Below are positions 1 to 7,368 of a DNA stretch of 24,108 nucleotides, piece after piece. Position numbers and translations under genes: made by a program. The stretch's first letter is position 1, and every line of letters begins with the position of its first letter. The stretch is from positions 1-24,108 of IMG/VR virus record IMGVR_UViG_3300030104_007197. One strand, 5' to 3'. The DNA comes from a virus (Duplodnaviria > Caudoviricetes). The notes beneath the pieces are model-generated. The model saw nothing but the letters and a program-made list of their open reading frames with translations. It did no database searches and was not told the origin of the DNA.

Positions 1-2
1 TA

Positions 3-137
3 CATGAAGACGGCTCAAGGGCTTATCTGGAAATGGGTCACTACGATCTCGACTTTGCCAGAGCCGTTGAGGACTTTTTAGAGCGAGCCGAAAACTGGAG
101 AAAATACCCGCTGCCAAGCGCAGCGAATTCCAACTGA
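3..137 (+). CDS. Hypothetical phage protein, 5'-truncated by the window edge
   Basis: Open frame HEDGSRAYLEMGHYDLDFARAVEDFLERAENW...NSN*; its TGA stop (135-137) lies inside the hammerhead core. Confidence 0.7.
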   Translation, partial: HEDGSRAYLEMGHYDLDFARAVEDFLERAENWRKYPLPSAANSN

Positions 138-192
138 ATGAGAGTCGGGTGGTGCCCGACCGAAACGCCCGACAGGGCGTCTTGGAAAACCA
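128..192 (+). ncRNA. Type I hammerhead ribozyme, copy 1 (core with one extra nucleotide)
   Basis: Stem I TTCCAA(128-133)/TTGGAA(182-187); core CTGAATGA(134-141); stem II G142-C161 plus GTCGGG/CCCGAC; GAAA(162-165); stem III CGCCC-GACA-GGGCG; GUC triplet with cleavage after C181; loop II TGGT can pair with ACCA(189-192). Confidence 0.88.
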
Positions 193-217
193 ACTTACAA
201 GTCCTGAGGAGGATATT

Positions 218-472
218 ATGAATATCAAGTTAAACAATGATCCCAGCACGTTCACCAAAGCGGAAACGAAGCTCATGGATCAAGCCGGAGCTGTCAATGC
301 TCCGATCGCCGTGGCGCTGCGCCAAAATCCTGAAAGCTGGAAGCTCAGTGTGATGGGTCAGACGCATCGTCCCCGCAAGCAATTTGTTGATCTCCGTAAG
401 AACCAAAAGATCTCTCTTGGAGCTGCAAAGCAAATAGTTGCCAAATTTGAGAGGGAGAATAATCATGCCTAG
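218..472 (+). CDS. Hypothetical phage protein (84 aa)
   Basis: ATG at 218 after GAGGAGG RBS; the ORF-track start at 149 runs through the ribozyme and is unlikely. Confidence 0.8.
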   Translation: MNIKLNNDPSTFTKAETKLMDQAGAVNAPIAVALRQNPESWKLSVMGQTHRPRKQFVDLRKNQKISLGAAKQIVAKFERENNHA

Positions 473-662
473 AGCAGACCACATAGACAACGGAGCCACG
501 CGAATCCTTTTTACAGAGTCATGTTTTGACTGCGATTATAGCGGTTGCAGAGTAATTTTTTCACAAAACGAAGTTTATAGTTTTGAGAGAACGACAAAGT
601 GCAACCGCGAAGATGTTTACCCGCTCCAAATCAGCGATATCGAAGAGGAGGTGGCATCATGA
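465..662 (+). CDS. Hypothetical Cys-containing small protein
   Basis: GGGAG RBS, ATG 465 overlapping upstream stop; ends in ATGA coupling. Confidence 0.65.
   Translation: MPRADHIDNGATRILFTESCFDCDYSGCRVIFSQNEVYSFERTTKCNREDVYPLQISDIEEEVAS
643..662 (+). repeat. 20-bp gene-junction repeat, copy 1 (AAGAGGAGGTGGCATCATGA)
   Basis: Identical to 1230-1249; encodes EEVAS*, the RBS and an ATGA overlap. Confidence 0.9.
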
Positions 663-1249
663 AAACCTACAAAGCAAAAGTAGACTTGTTTGGCACAGGC
701 AGCGCAAATGCTGAGACGTTTAGCGAGTGCGGCGCAGGAAGACGGTGGGCGGAGAAATGCGCCCTCTACACGCTCCAAACCGTTTTTGATGAGGCGACAT
801 CAATAAACCATTTAGACGCTTTGTCCGTTCAAGCGACCGGCTCAGCTCTCGAAATTGATGTAAGGACAGAGGGTAGCTTAAGGGTCAGCGATGAGGACGG
901 GAGAAGGCTGAAGATTGCAACGGACAAATGGACCTTCAACCTTGACTACTCCGGTGCTGGTTCCATTAACGCAAGATTGTGGACAAGCGGCTATGTAGGA
1001 TACAAACAAGTGCCCTTGCCGCGTTTACACCAAAGGACCCTTGACAACAGGAAGACGACAGTTGACATGTGTATTATGCCCGACGACGACGAGCAACCGA
1101 AAGGGCCATGTCACCCTGAAATCTATTTATACGATGTAACGAAAGAAGCCTTCGAGAGTGTACAGGAGCACTGGTGCACCGCCTATGGTCGAAACGCCGT
1201 GGTGGAGGCTAGGTCTTTTCTCTCAGAGCAAGAGGAGGTGGCATCATGA
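659..1249 (+). CDS. Hypothetical phage protein (196 aa)
   Basis: GAGGAGG RBS and ATGA start at 659 (not 599). Confidence 0.8.
   Translation: MKTYKAKVDLFGTGSANAETFSECGAGRRWAEKCALYTLQTVFDEATSINHLDALSVQATGSALEIDVRTEGSLRVSDEDGRRLKIATDKWTFNLDYSGAGSINARLWTSGYVGYKQVPLPRLHQRTLDNRKTTVDMCIMPDDDEQPKGPCHPEIYLYDVTKEAFESVQEHWCTAYGRNAVVEARSFLSEQEEVAS
1230..1249 (+). repeat. 20-bp gene-junction repeat, copy 2
   Basis: Identical to 643-662. Confidence 0.9.
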
Positions 1250-1479
1250 GAATTACTTTAGATCGCAATATTGAGCTAGATAAGGAGGCTTTGCTTGCCT
1301 TTATGTCTGATTTGGGCTATGACGATGAGATCGAGGCACAGGGTGAAGGCTTCGTCCGCGAATACGTCAAAGGCTGGATCTGGCTTCAAGGCTCGGTCAG
1401 CCTTGAAGAGCACGTTATGAAATATGTGGCGGCTCGCTCCAAAACAATTCCAACTGAAGAGCAATCAGATGGTAACTGA
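1246..1479 (+). CDS. Hypothetical acidic phage protein
   Basis: RBS plus ATGA coupling; the last codons and stop overlap hammerhead copy 2. Confidence 0.75.
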   Translation: MRITLDRNIELDKEALLAFMSDLGYDDEIEAQGEGFVREYVKGWIWLQGSVSLEEHVMKYVAARSKTIPTEEQSDGN

Positions 1480-1512
1480 TCGAAACGCCCGCGAGGGCGT
1501 CTTGGAAAACCA
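1448..1512 (+). ncRNA. Type I hammerhead ribozyme, copy 2 (canonical core)
   Basis: Stem I TTCCAA(1448-1453)/TTGGAA(1502-1507); core CTGAAGA(1454-1460); stem II G1461-C1481 plus ATCAG/CTGAT; GAAA(1482-1485); stem III CGCCC-GCGA-GGGCG; cleavage after C1501 (GUC); loop II TGGT can pair with ACCA(1509-1512). Confidence 0.93.
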
Positions 1513-1539
1513 ACTTTACAATCCTGAGGAGGATATAAT

Positions 1540-1758
1540 ATGAATATTGAACAAGCTAACGAAATTCTGGCCCAGCACCATGTTGACCAAGAGGCGCTGG
1601 ATGATTTCTTTGACGAACTGTGGGGACTGCGCGAAAGCGGCGACATGAATATGCTCGAATCACCGCGATGGTTGGAGGACGAGTTTGATGTGCCCAAGAA
1701 GGCGGCACGGGCTATCTTTTATAAGTGGGCTAAGACTTTTGAGGAGCCAACGTCATGA
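1540..1758 (+). CDS. Hypothetical phage protein (LRESGxxNM motif)
   Basis: GAGGAGG RBS; the motif resembles a widespread small phage protein family. Confidence 0.8.
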   Translation: MNIEQANEILAQHHVDQEALDDFFDELWGLRESGDMNMLESPRWLEDEFDVPKKAARAIFYKWAKTFEEPTS

Positions 1759-2225
1759 CTCGCCGAAAGACACTGGGTGACCTGCAGCAAGCGTATGACG
1801 CCAAATATCAAGAGATGGCGAAGATGCCGGTGCATGCCTCGGCTGACGATCGCCTGCTATGTCATGCGCTTGTCAGAGAGCTATCTGTTAACCCCGATGT
1901 TCGCTCCCTATGCGTTCATGATGGCGAAGAGATTTGCCTGACTTATGAGGAGCACAATGCGGCAGCGGACGATTCATTTGTTCCCGTGTGGTGGAAGGTG
2001 CTCGACTCGATGGGTCACACCGGAGAGAACACGATTGAGGCAGTTGACAAAAACTACGACTCGCTGGGCTGGTTTCATCTTCTCTATTATAACGGCTCGG
2101 AAGATGACCCCAATGTCTGCATGTCTGATCACTCAGCAAACGAGTGGACTAAAGATGTAGTCACGCGGATCGAACGTGCTGTCGATTCAGGACGGGTGTT
2201 TTTTCTGGAGGAGGAGCTTGTATGA
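1755..2225 (+). CDS. Hypothetical phage protein
   Basis: GAGGAG RBS, ATGA coupling, 156-aa ORF. Confidence 0.8.
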   Translation: MTRRKTLGDLQQAYDAKYQEMAKMPVHASADDRLLCHALVRELSVNPDVRSLCVHDGEEICLTYEEHNAAADDSFVPVWWKVLDSMGHTGENTIEAVDKNYDSLGWFHLLYYNGSEDDPNVCMSDHSANEWTKDVVTRIERAVDSGRVFFLEEELV

Positions 2226-2425
2226 AAAATCCAGAACTCGAAGCACTGATCTCTGAGCATGATCTCACGACGCAGAAGGTTGCGGACTTGCTCGAAGTGC
2301 CAAAGCGAACGGTTGATAACTGGCGACGGAGTGAGGATTCTGCTCACTCCAACTTCATGTCGAAAGCCAATCTGAAGCTGTTACGGCTGCTACTGGAGAA
2401 TGAAGCAAAGGCGACTGCATCGTAA
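2222..2425 (+). CDS. Small helix-turn-helix DNA-binding protein
   Basis: LTTQKVADLLEVPKRTVDNW is an XRE/Cro-type HTH. Confidence 0.8.
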   Translation: MKNPELEALISEHDLTTQKVADLLEVPKRTVDNWRRSEDSAHSNFMSKANLKLLRLLLENEAKATAS

Positions 2426-2426
2426 A

Positions 2427-2891
2427 CTAGCCCCCCTTTTGGGGGGTTATTTTTTTTAGCCGCGAAATTTTATAATTACCAACCAACTCAACATCCGCAT
2501 GGTCCCTCCGGCTGGCACCCGTCCGGCCTCCCACACTTACCTCGTCCGGTTTCTCGGAAAAATCAATGTATCGAATACCATCATCGTATTGCACCACAAA
2601 AAAACTAGGCACCCCGATCTGCTCGCTGAGCATGTTTGCACTGGCCCTTTTCAGCACAGAAAAAATGATGGTCGGATAGGTTTCGGCCCGAACATTTCTC
2701 ACACGAATCTCAGCCAGCGCAACGATCTTTTGTTGCCTCACGAGCGCAAAGTCTAACCGGTAGCTGAGCGGCAGCTTCAGGTAATCGCACTGCCACCGTT
2801 CGGCCACCGCCTGCATCACCCCTGCCTCACGCGACAGGTCTTCCTCTGTCTCATACAGTGGCCTAGCCAGCCTTCCGCCTCCCCTTGGCAA
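2427..2891 (-). CDS. Putative PD-(D/E)XK-fold nuclease (start uncertain)
   Basis: YRLDF...LAEIRVR resembles the D...E-x-K/R catalytic pattern. Confidence 0.6.
   Translation of the reverse strand: MPRGGGRLARPLYETEEDLSREAGVMQAVAERWQCDYLKLPLSYRLDFALVRQQKIVALAEIRVRNVRAETYPTIIFSVLKRASANMLSEQIGVPSFFVVQYDDGIRYIDFSEKPDEVSVGGRTGASRRDHADVELVGNYKISRLKKITPQKGG
2428..2457 (+). terminator. Rho-independent terminator ending the accessory operon
   Basis: TAGCCCCCC-TTTT-GGGGGGTTA hairpin followed by a T run; overlaps the 3' end of the convergent gene. Confidence 0.85.
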
Positions 2892-3150
2892 ATAACTGCG
2901 TCAGAGCGCTTTTGACAAAGTCGAGGGTATGGTCTGGCTCTGCATCTGCGGGTATGGATGCAACGGCCTGCCTTCGCTCGTCAAGCGTGGGCAAATCGGC
3001 TATACGGGTTGGCAGATAATAGACGAGCGTTGCCCGTGCGAGAGAATGAAATTCCGGCTGAAGATTGGCCTCGATGTATTCAAGGCATTCGGGGTAATGA
3101 ATTTTATCCGCCGCTTTTTGAACCGTCAGTCTAAGTTGCTCCGGCCTCAT
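2863..3150 (-). CDS. Hypothetical phage protein
   Basis: TGATG coupling to the upstream gene gives ATG at 3150 (MRPEQL...). Confidence 0.7.
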   Translation of the reverse strand: MRPEQLRLTVQKAADKIHYPECLEYIEANLQPEFHSLARATLVYYLPTRIADLPTLDERRQAVASIPADAEPDHTLDFVKSALTQLFAKGRRKAG

Positions 3151-3551
3151 CAGAATTCCAACAGATCGCGCATCACCATGATGCCGTCTTGTAGATCCGT
3201 CGTTGCCGTTGAGGCATCGCTGGAGGGATAAAAACCACCGCCCCAACCGATGTCACACAACCGGAAAACGCACCGGATAGGGTGGCGATCGAACTTATAA
3301 ATCAACACGGGAATTAAATCGCCAGAGGTGCTGTTACAGCATTGGCGCCACCATTCGGGATGGTGCCACGCCCCCTTGGCATAGCGCTTACATTCGATCC
3401 TTAAATTGTAGAACTCAATATCCGCCCGACCGGACTGCTGATATTGATCTAAGACTCTTTTTAGGTGGTCGGCGCACTCCCCAAACTCCTCCTGAAAAAT
3501 CTTTATGATCTGTCGCTCAAAGGCGTGGCCCTTGGCTCTCCCGTTAATCAC
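3150..3551 (-). CDS. Holliday junction resolvase-like nuclease (Hjc-type PD-(D/E)XK)
   Basis: GRAKGHAFER...ADI...IECKR motifs. Confidence 0.8.
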   Translation of the reverse strand: MINGRAKGHAFERQIIKIFQEEFGECADHLKRVLDQYQQSGRADIEFYNLRIECKRYAKGAWHHPEWWRQCCNSTSGDLIPVLIYKFDRHPIRCVFRLCDIGWGGGFYPSSDASTATTDLQDGIMVMRDLLEF

Positions 3552-3843
3552 GCTTCAGCACCTCACCGGTACGCGGATCGATGCCGTCGGCTACCTTCAG
3601 CCACCAGCTTGCCTTGCCGATATCGGTGCCCTGCTGGCCCTTATGTCGATGCCTCCAGAGGTACTTAAACGCAGTGACCTTGGCAAAGATCTTGACTTCA
3701 TCCAAGCCAAAAACCTCAAACATCGCATCAACACATTCAACACTGCTAAAGCGATAGTGAGCCGGCGAATTCACATCGTCATCCGGTTCCGGCATTTGCC
3801 TCGGCGGTACAACGCAGTGCCCTGCCTCGCAATCGGCGTTCAT
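3544..3843 (-). CDS. DUF3310 family protein
   Basis: DDVNSPAHY...ECVDAM...KYLWR...KG...DIGKA signature; start placed at ATG 3843 (GAGG RBS) to avoid a 113-nt overlap with the Ref-like gene. Confidence 0.8.
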   Translation of the reverse strand: MNADCEAGHCVVPPRQMPEPDDDVNSPAHYRFSSVECVDAMFEVFGLDEVKIFAKVTAFKYLWRHRHKGQQGTDIGKASWWLKVADGIDPRTGEVLKRD

Positions 3844-3859
3844 CAGCGCCTCGACGTAG

Positions 3860-4162
3860 TCATCGCCGTTCAATTCGCTCGCGGAGCCAGTCGAGAAGCT
3901 CTTGCTCGGCCCCGTAGCGTTCGACAAATCGTCGCTTGAACGGATGTCGGGAAGTGTATAGCTCATTGTCATCTCCTTGTCGGTGGTGCCGGTAGCACAA
4001 CGGAAGCGTCAGCAAGTGACAGTCCGGCCGCGTTTTTCCGGCGATGTGATGGATTTCCGGCGGGGTGTAAACGTGGAAGAATTTCTTGCAGATAACACAC
4101 CCAAACTGGGTGATCGCGTCCATCCACTCCCGCTCTTCAACCGTTGCTGTCTTGCTCTTCAA
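3860..4162 (-). CDS. Ref-family (RecA-dependent) HNH-like nuclease
   Basis: GCVIC...EIHH...TLPLCYRHHR...H...F...YG.E.ELL pattern. Confidence 0.8.
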   Translation of the reverse strand: MKSKTATVEEREWMDAITQFGCVICKKFFHVYTPPEIHHIAGKTRPDCHLLTLPLCYRHHRQGDDNELYTSRHPFKRRFVERYGAEQELLDWLRERIERR

Positions 4163-4373
4163 CGGCGGGCGCGTCAGTAACCGTGATGTCTCCGTAGAGG
4201 TAGTCGACCGAGACGTTGAAATAGCCGGCTATGCGCTTCATAACGTCATAGCGAGGACTTGCCGTCTTGCCGTGGATAAAGCGATTGATGGTCGGTTGCG
4301 AAACCCCTGTGCGCCTACTCAGCTCCGTCTGAGACACCTTAAATTCGTCCAATAATTTCTCTAGCGCGTTCAC
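4137..4373 (-). CDS. XRE/Cro-like HTH transcription regulator
   Basis: SQTELSRRTGVSQPTINRFIHG...P...IAGYFNVSVDYL. Confidence 0.9.
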   Translation of the reverse strand: MNALEKLLDEFKVSQTELSRRTGVSQPTINRFIHGKTASPRYDVMKRIAGYFNVSVDYLYGDITVTDAPAVEEQDSNG

Positions 4374-4386
4374 AATTAGCTCCTAG

Positions 4387-4737
4387 TTAGTCAGTGTTGT
4401 AAATTTGATTCTTTTCAAACCTCAGGGTGGCCATTCGGGAACGCCAGCCCTGAAACTCCATCTTGCATGCTTCCAGCTCGGCTTTAGCGGCTTCGAGATC
4501 GCCCTTGGCGGCATACACCGACATGCGAGCCTCAAAGCATGCGTCATCTTCATCGGCGTAGCGCTCTTGCTTGCCAATCGTCTTAATGCCGCTCGCCTCT
4601 GCGATGGCCATGGTCTGTGCCGTCTTTTTCTTAGCGGTCAACTCACACCGGCCGACATACCTAACAGCCTCCCGCAAGGACTTGCCCGCCTCCCGAACCT
4701 TCTCCGCATACCTCTCAACAACATCTATTTCCATCAC
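4387..4737 (-). CDS. Hypothetical helical/coiled-coil phage protein
   Basis: ATGA coupling to the helicase gene; Ala/Glu/Lys-rich helical composition. Confidence 0.75.
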   Translation of the reverse strand: MMEIDVVERYAEKVREAGKSLREAVRYVGRCELTAKKKTAQTMAIAEASGIKTIGKQERYADEDDACFEARMSVYAAKGDLEAAKAELEACKMEFQGWRSRMATLRFEKNQIYNTD

Positions 4738-6569
4738 GCATTCCTTATGTCAAAGTCAATGTATTTTCTGGCCGATCGCGAGTTCTTCCTCTCCATGAAT
4801 TGCATCGATTCAGGATCGAAATCAAAGCCAATTTTGCCCTCGTATAGACCGTTCCGATTCTTCAAAACCTCAAGATAGCTATCCCACTGGGAGGCGTACT
4901 TCTCATCCACCTCCTCCAGCAAGATCTCGGCTTCCGCAACAGCTCGCTGCTTGCGCTTGTTCTTGAAAATCGAAACAAAGCCATCCGCCAGATCGGTGAT
5001 GCTGCCGCTACCCTTAACGTCGTATTTGTTAGGTGCTAAGTACTCGGACTCACCCTTTCGCACATGGCACACGAGAAAAATTGTCACGGGGAAAGCGAGC
5101 TTGAAATTGACGAGCAACTCACAGAACTTCTGCTGCCCCTCTAGGTCATCCTGCCTGACCATATTGGTAAGGCTGTCAATCACAAACACGTTAACGCCAT
5201 ATCGGCGATATGCGTACTCGAAACAAGTCATCAGCTCCTTCGGCTTGGGCGTGAGCTTGTCGACAAACAGCCATAGATTGGGCGTCAGCCAATCGAGCAG
5301 CGCCTTCCGGTAGGGTTTGGCCGGCGTTGACAGACCACCAGCCTGTTTCAGCATTCGCCCTAACGTCGATCGAGGCGGCATCTCCATGGAGGCTATCAAC
5401 ACCTTCTGATCCTGCTCGACTGCATTGAGCGCAAGCTGACCCAGCCACATCGACTTGCCATGGCCGTTGATGCCGGCAACCCCCCAAAGCTCGCTGGGCC
5501 GGAAACGGATATCCTCCTCATCGAGTTTTTTCCAGCCCGATCCAAAGCCTGTCTGATCGTCAGCCTGTGAGAAGAACTCGTCGATCTCATCTTCAAACTC
5601 CAGCACACTGCGGAGCGTCTCAGGGTCTTTCCATACGGCTTCGTCATAGGCTCGCTCAAGCATCCATCTGGCCTGTTCGTAACCCTCGGCCTCAATCATT
5701 TCGTTGATGTCTTTCTTGGGCAGATTGATGCGAAAGCATCGGTCCCCCAGACGGGAGATAATCTCCTGCGCGGCAAGCTCACCTTCAGCATCCATGTCGG
5801 TCGCTATCAGGATTCGTTCAAACCGGTTCAGGTTCTCGTATTCGTTTGCTATCCAGTTTGTTTGCTTGGCGCCCTTGCCTCCTCCGAACGGCACACTCAA
5901 TGCGGGGAAGCCCAGCTCGCTACACGCAACAGCGTCCCACTCGCCCTCGGTCAGCCAGATCTCACGGGCATCAGCCGGCACGGTATGCCACCCGAACAAG
6001 ATCGGTTTCAAATCTTTCTGGGTGCGGGGCGTCCCGTCACCCGTAACCGGCTTGGTCTTTAAAAACGCCAGCTCTCCCGTCACATCAAAATATTGAAATA
6101 CTGCGTCGGCGCCGGTCTTGCTGTCAGCCTCGTACAGCTTCCATTTGAAGCAGATCTCACCGACATCCTTAAAGCCCCTTCCCTCCATATAAGCGTGGAG
6201 GTGCAAGCTGGAATTCTGTTTCGGTGGATTGGGTTTTTTGTAAGATTTTTTTTGTACCGCGCTAAATTTTTTGGACGGCTTCTGGTCGCGAACACCAATG
6301 CGCTTTTTCGCCCAGTCCATTGCCTCGATCAGCGAGCAGCCGTTGATATGCTGAATGATGTCCAGCAAGTCTCCTCCCTGCCCCGTTGCAAAGTCCATGA
6401 ACTTGCCCGCCTGATCGCCGTGGAGATACACGCTCATCGAGCGGCCGGTCTCACCGGAGATTGAGCCGATTTTAAACATGCCCGACTCCACTTTGCCGTC
6501 GGGATACAGCTCAGCACAAATGCTCCCCGCATGTTGGCCTAAACGATCGGCCAGTTCCCTGATTTCCAT
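4734..6569 (-). CDS. Bifunctional DNA primase-helicase (TOPRIM + SF4 helicase; T7 gp4/Twinkle-like)
   Basis: TOPRIM LTEGEWDA and DMDAEG; Walker A GINGHGKS; Walker B FVIDSL; H-x-RK; KGSGSI; KNRNG; GAGGAGG RBS. Confidence 0.95.
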   Translation of the reverse strand: MEIRELADRLGQHAGSICAELYPDGKVESGMFKIGSISGETGRSMSVYLHGDQAGKFMDFATGQGGDLLDIIQHINGCSLIEAMDWAKKRIGVRDQKPSKKFSAVQKKSYKKPNPPKQNSSLHLHAYMEGRGFKDVGEICFKWKLYEADSKTGADAVFQYFDVTGELAFLKTKPVTGDGTPRTQKDLKPILFGWHTVPADAREIWLTEGEWDAVACSELGFPALSVPFGGGKGAKQTNWIANEYENLNRFERILIATDMDAEGELAAQEIISRLGDRCFRINLPKKDINEMIEAEGYEQARWMLERAYDEAVWKDPETLRSVLEFEDEIDEFFSQADDQTGFGSGWKKLDEEDIRFRPSELWGVAGINGHGKSMWLGQLALNAVEQDQKVLIASMEMPPRSTLGRMLKQAGGLSTPAKPYRKALLDWLTPNLWLFVDKLTPKPKELMTCFEYAYRRYGVNVFVIDSLTNMVRQDDLEGQQKFCELLVNFKLAFPVTIFLVCHVRKGESEYLAPNKYDVKGSGSITDLADGFVSIFKNKRKQRAVAEAEILLEEVDEKYASQWDSYLEVLKNRNGLYEGKIGFDFDPESMQFMERKNSRSARKYIDFDIRNA

Positions 6570-6583
6570 AAAGCCTCCTCAGA

Positions 6584-7306
6584 CTACTTCACCAGTTCCA
6601 TGATTTTGTTTTGTTTAGCCTGCCCTTTGAAAACGGACAGGGAAGACCACTCGGCGTCGAAGCTCTTCCAGTTCTGCGCGATCACATAGTCAATCGCCTC
6701 GTCCTGATCAAAGCCTCCCCGAACCAGCCCGAAAAAGCTCGCTCGCATCTGCGCCTCAACCTTGTCCCCAAGCTGAGTGCTCTTCGACTTGAACTCGACC
6801 CACTTGATCCATGCTTTGGCAGAGGCCCCTGCCGGAGGAGAACGTAACAACCGTTCCTTTTTGGCGGATTTAGGTTCTTTAGCTTCTATTTGTTCTTTAG
6901 TTTCTATTTGTTCTTTGTTCGCGGTTATCAAGATCTTGTCTTTACAAGATGTGGTGTTTTCCAGATCTGGTAAATCGCGATCTGGTGAATCGTAGACCAC
7001 CCAGTCCCAGCCGGTGATTGTGCCGGTCTCTTTATCTCGCAGTGGCGCCTTAACAAGGTAGCCGGCTTCTGCCAGCTCTCTGGTAATGCGCGTTACCTTG
7101 CCGGTCGAGATGCCAAAGAACTTGGAGATCTGCACATTGGTTATTCGCCACGTTTCGGCATGGCTCAAGAGGTACACGAGAACGCCCAAACTGTCCGGCC
7201 CAATCCCATCCTCCCGCTCACTGGCGCTGGTGCCGCCACGCAGCAATGCATTCGGGATTCGGGTATACTTGATCTCGTCGTATCGGGCTGTGCGGAAGAT
7301 AGCCAA
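6584..7306 (-). CDS. Phage replication initiator protein (O-like, N-terminal winged HTH)
   Basis: YTRIPN...LGVLVYLLS...W...ELAEAGYL N-terminus; central repeat-rich linker carrying iterons; directly upstream of the helicase. Confidence 0.8.
   Translation of the reverse strand: MAIFRTARYDEIKYTRIPNALLRGGTSASEREDGIGPDSLGVLVYLLSHAETWRITNVQISKFFGISTGKVTRITRELAEAGYLVKAPLRDKETGTITGWDWVVYDSPDRDLPDLENTTSCKDKILITANKEQIETKEQIEAKEPKSAKKERLLRSPPAGASAKAWIKWVEFKSKSTQLGDKVEAQMRASFFGLVRGGFDQDEAIDYVIAQNWKSFDAEWSSLSVFKGQAKQNKIMELVK
6874..6986. other. Putative replication origin inside the initiator gene
   Basis: Four GAT(C/G)T(T/G)GT repeats at 6932, 6948, 6964, 6979 (spacing 16, 16, 15; two in palindromes CAAGATCTTG and CCAGATCTGG) beside a T-rich 18-bp tandem repeat GTTCTTTAGYTTCTATTT (6874-6909). 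Confidence 0.7.
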
Positions 7307-7333
7307 GCTCGCCCTCCAAGGTAGGTGACATTT

Positions 7334-7368
7334 AATCTATTATTCGATTTCCAATCTATCATGTGATT
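7334..7368 (-). promoter_or_regulatory. Two tandem operator-like sites over the probable leftward early promoter
   Basis: AATCTAT-N5-GATT at 7334-7349 and 7353-7368; candidate minus-strand ATGATA-N17-TAGATT promoter ahead of the GGAGG RBS of the initiator. Confidence 0.6.

Noticed and set aside
149-217. N-terminal extension of the first ORF (and similar extensions at 438, 599, 3246, 3972, 12386, 15207)
   Set aside because: Downstream starts have clear RBSs or stop-start coupling; the extensions overlap ribozymes or neighbouring genes
1185-1215. Third hammerhead at CGAAACGCC
   Set aside because: No upstream CUGANGA core, no stem I and no proper stem III; it lies inside a CDS
126-1547. CRISPR array or terminal repeats explaining the two long direct repeats
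   Set aside because: Only two copies 1.3 kb apart with genes between them, no spacers or cas genes; the conservation pattern matches ribozyme structure
3843-3863. Six-codon micro-ORF MTTSRR bridging the Ref-like and DUF3310 genes, resembling MTTSPRQLEIF starting at 14379
   Set aside because: Too short to distinguish from chance; the DUF3310 gene has its own RBS
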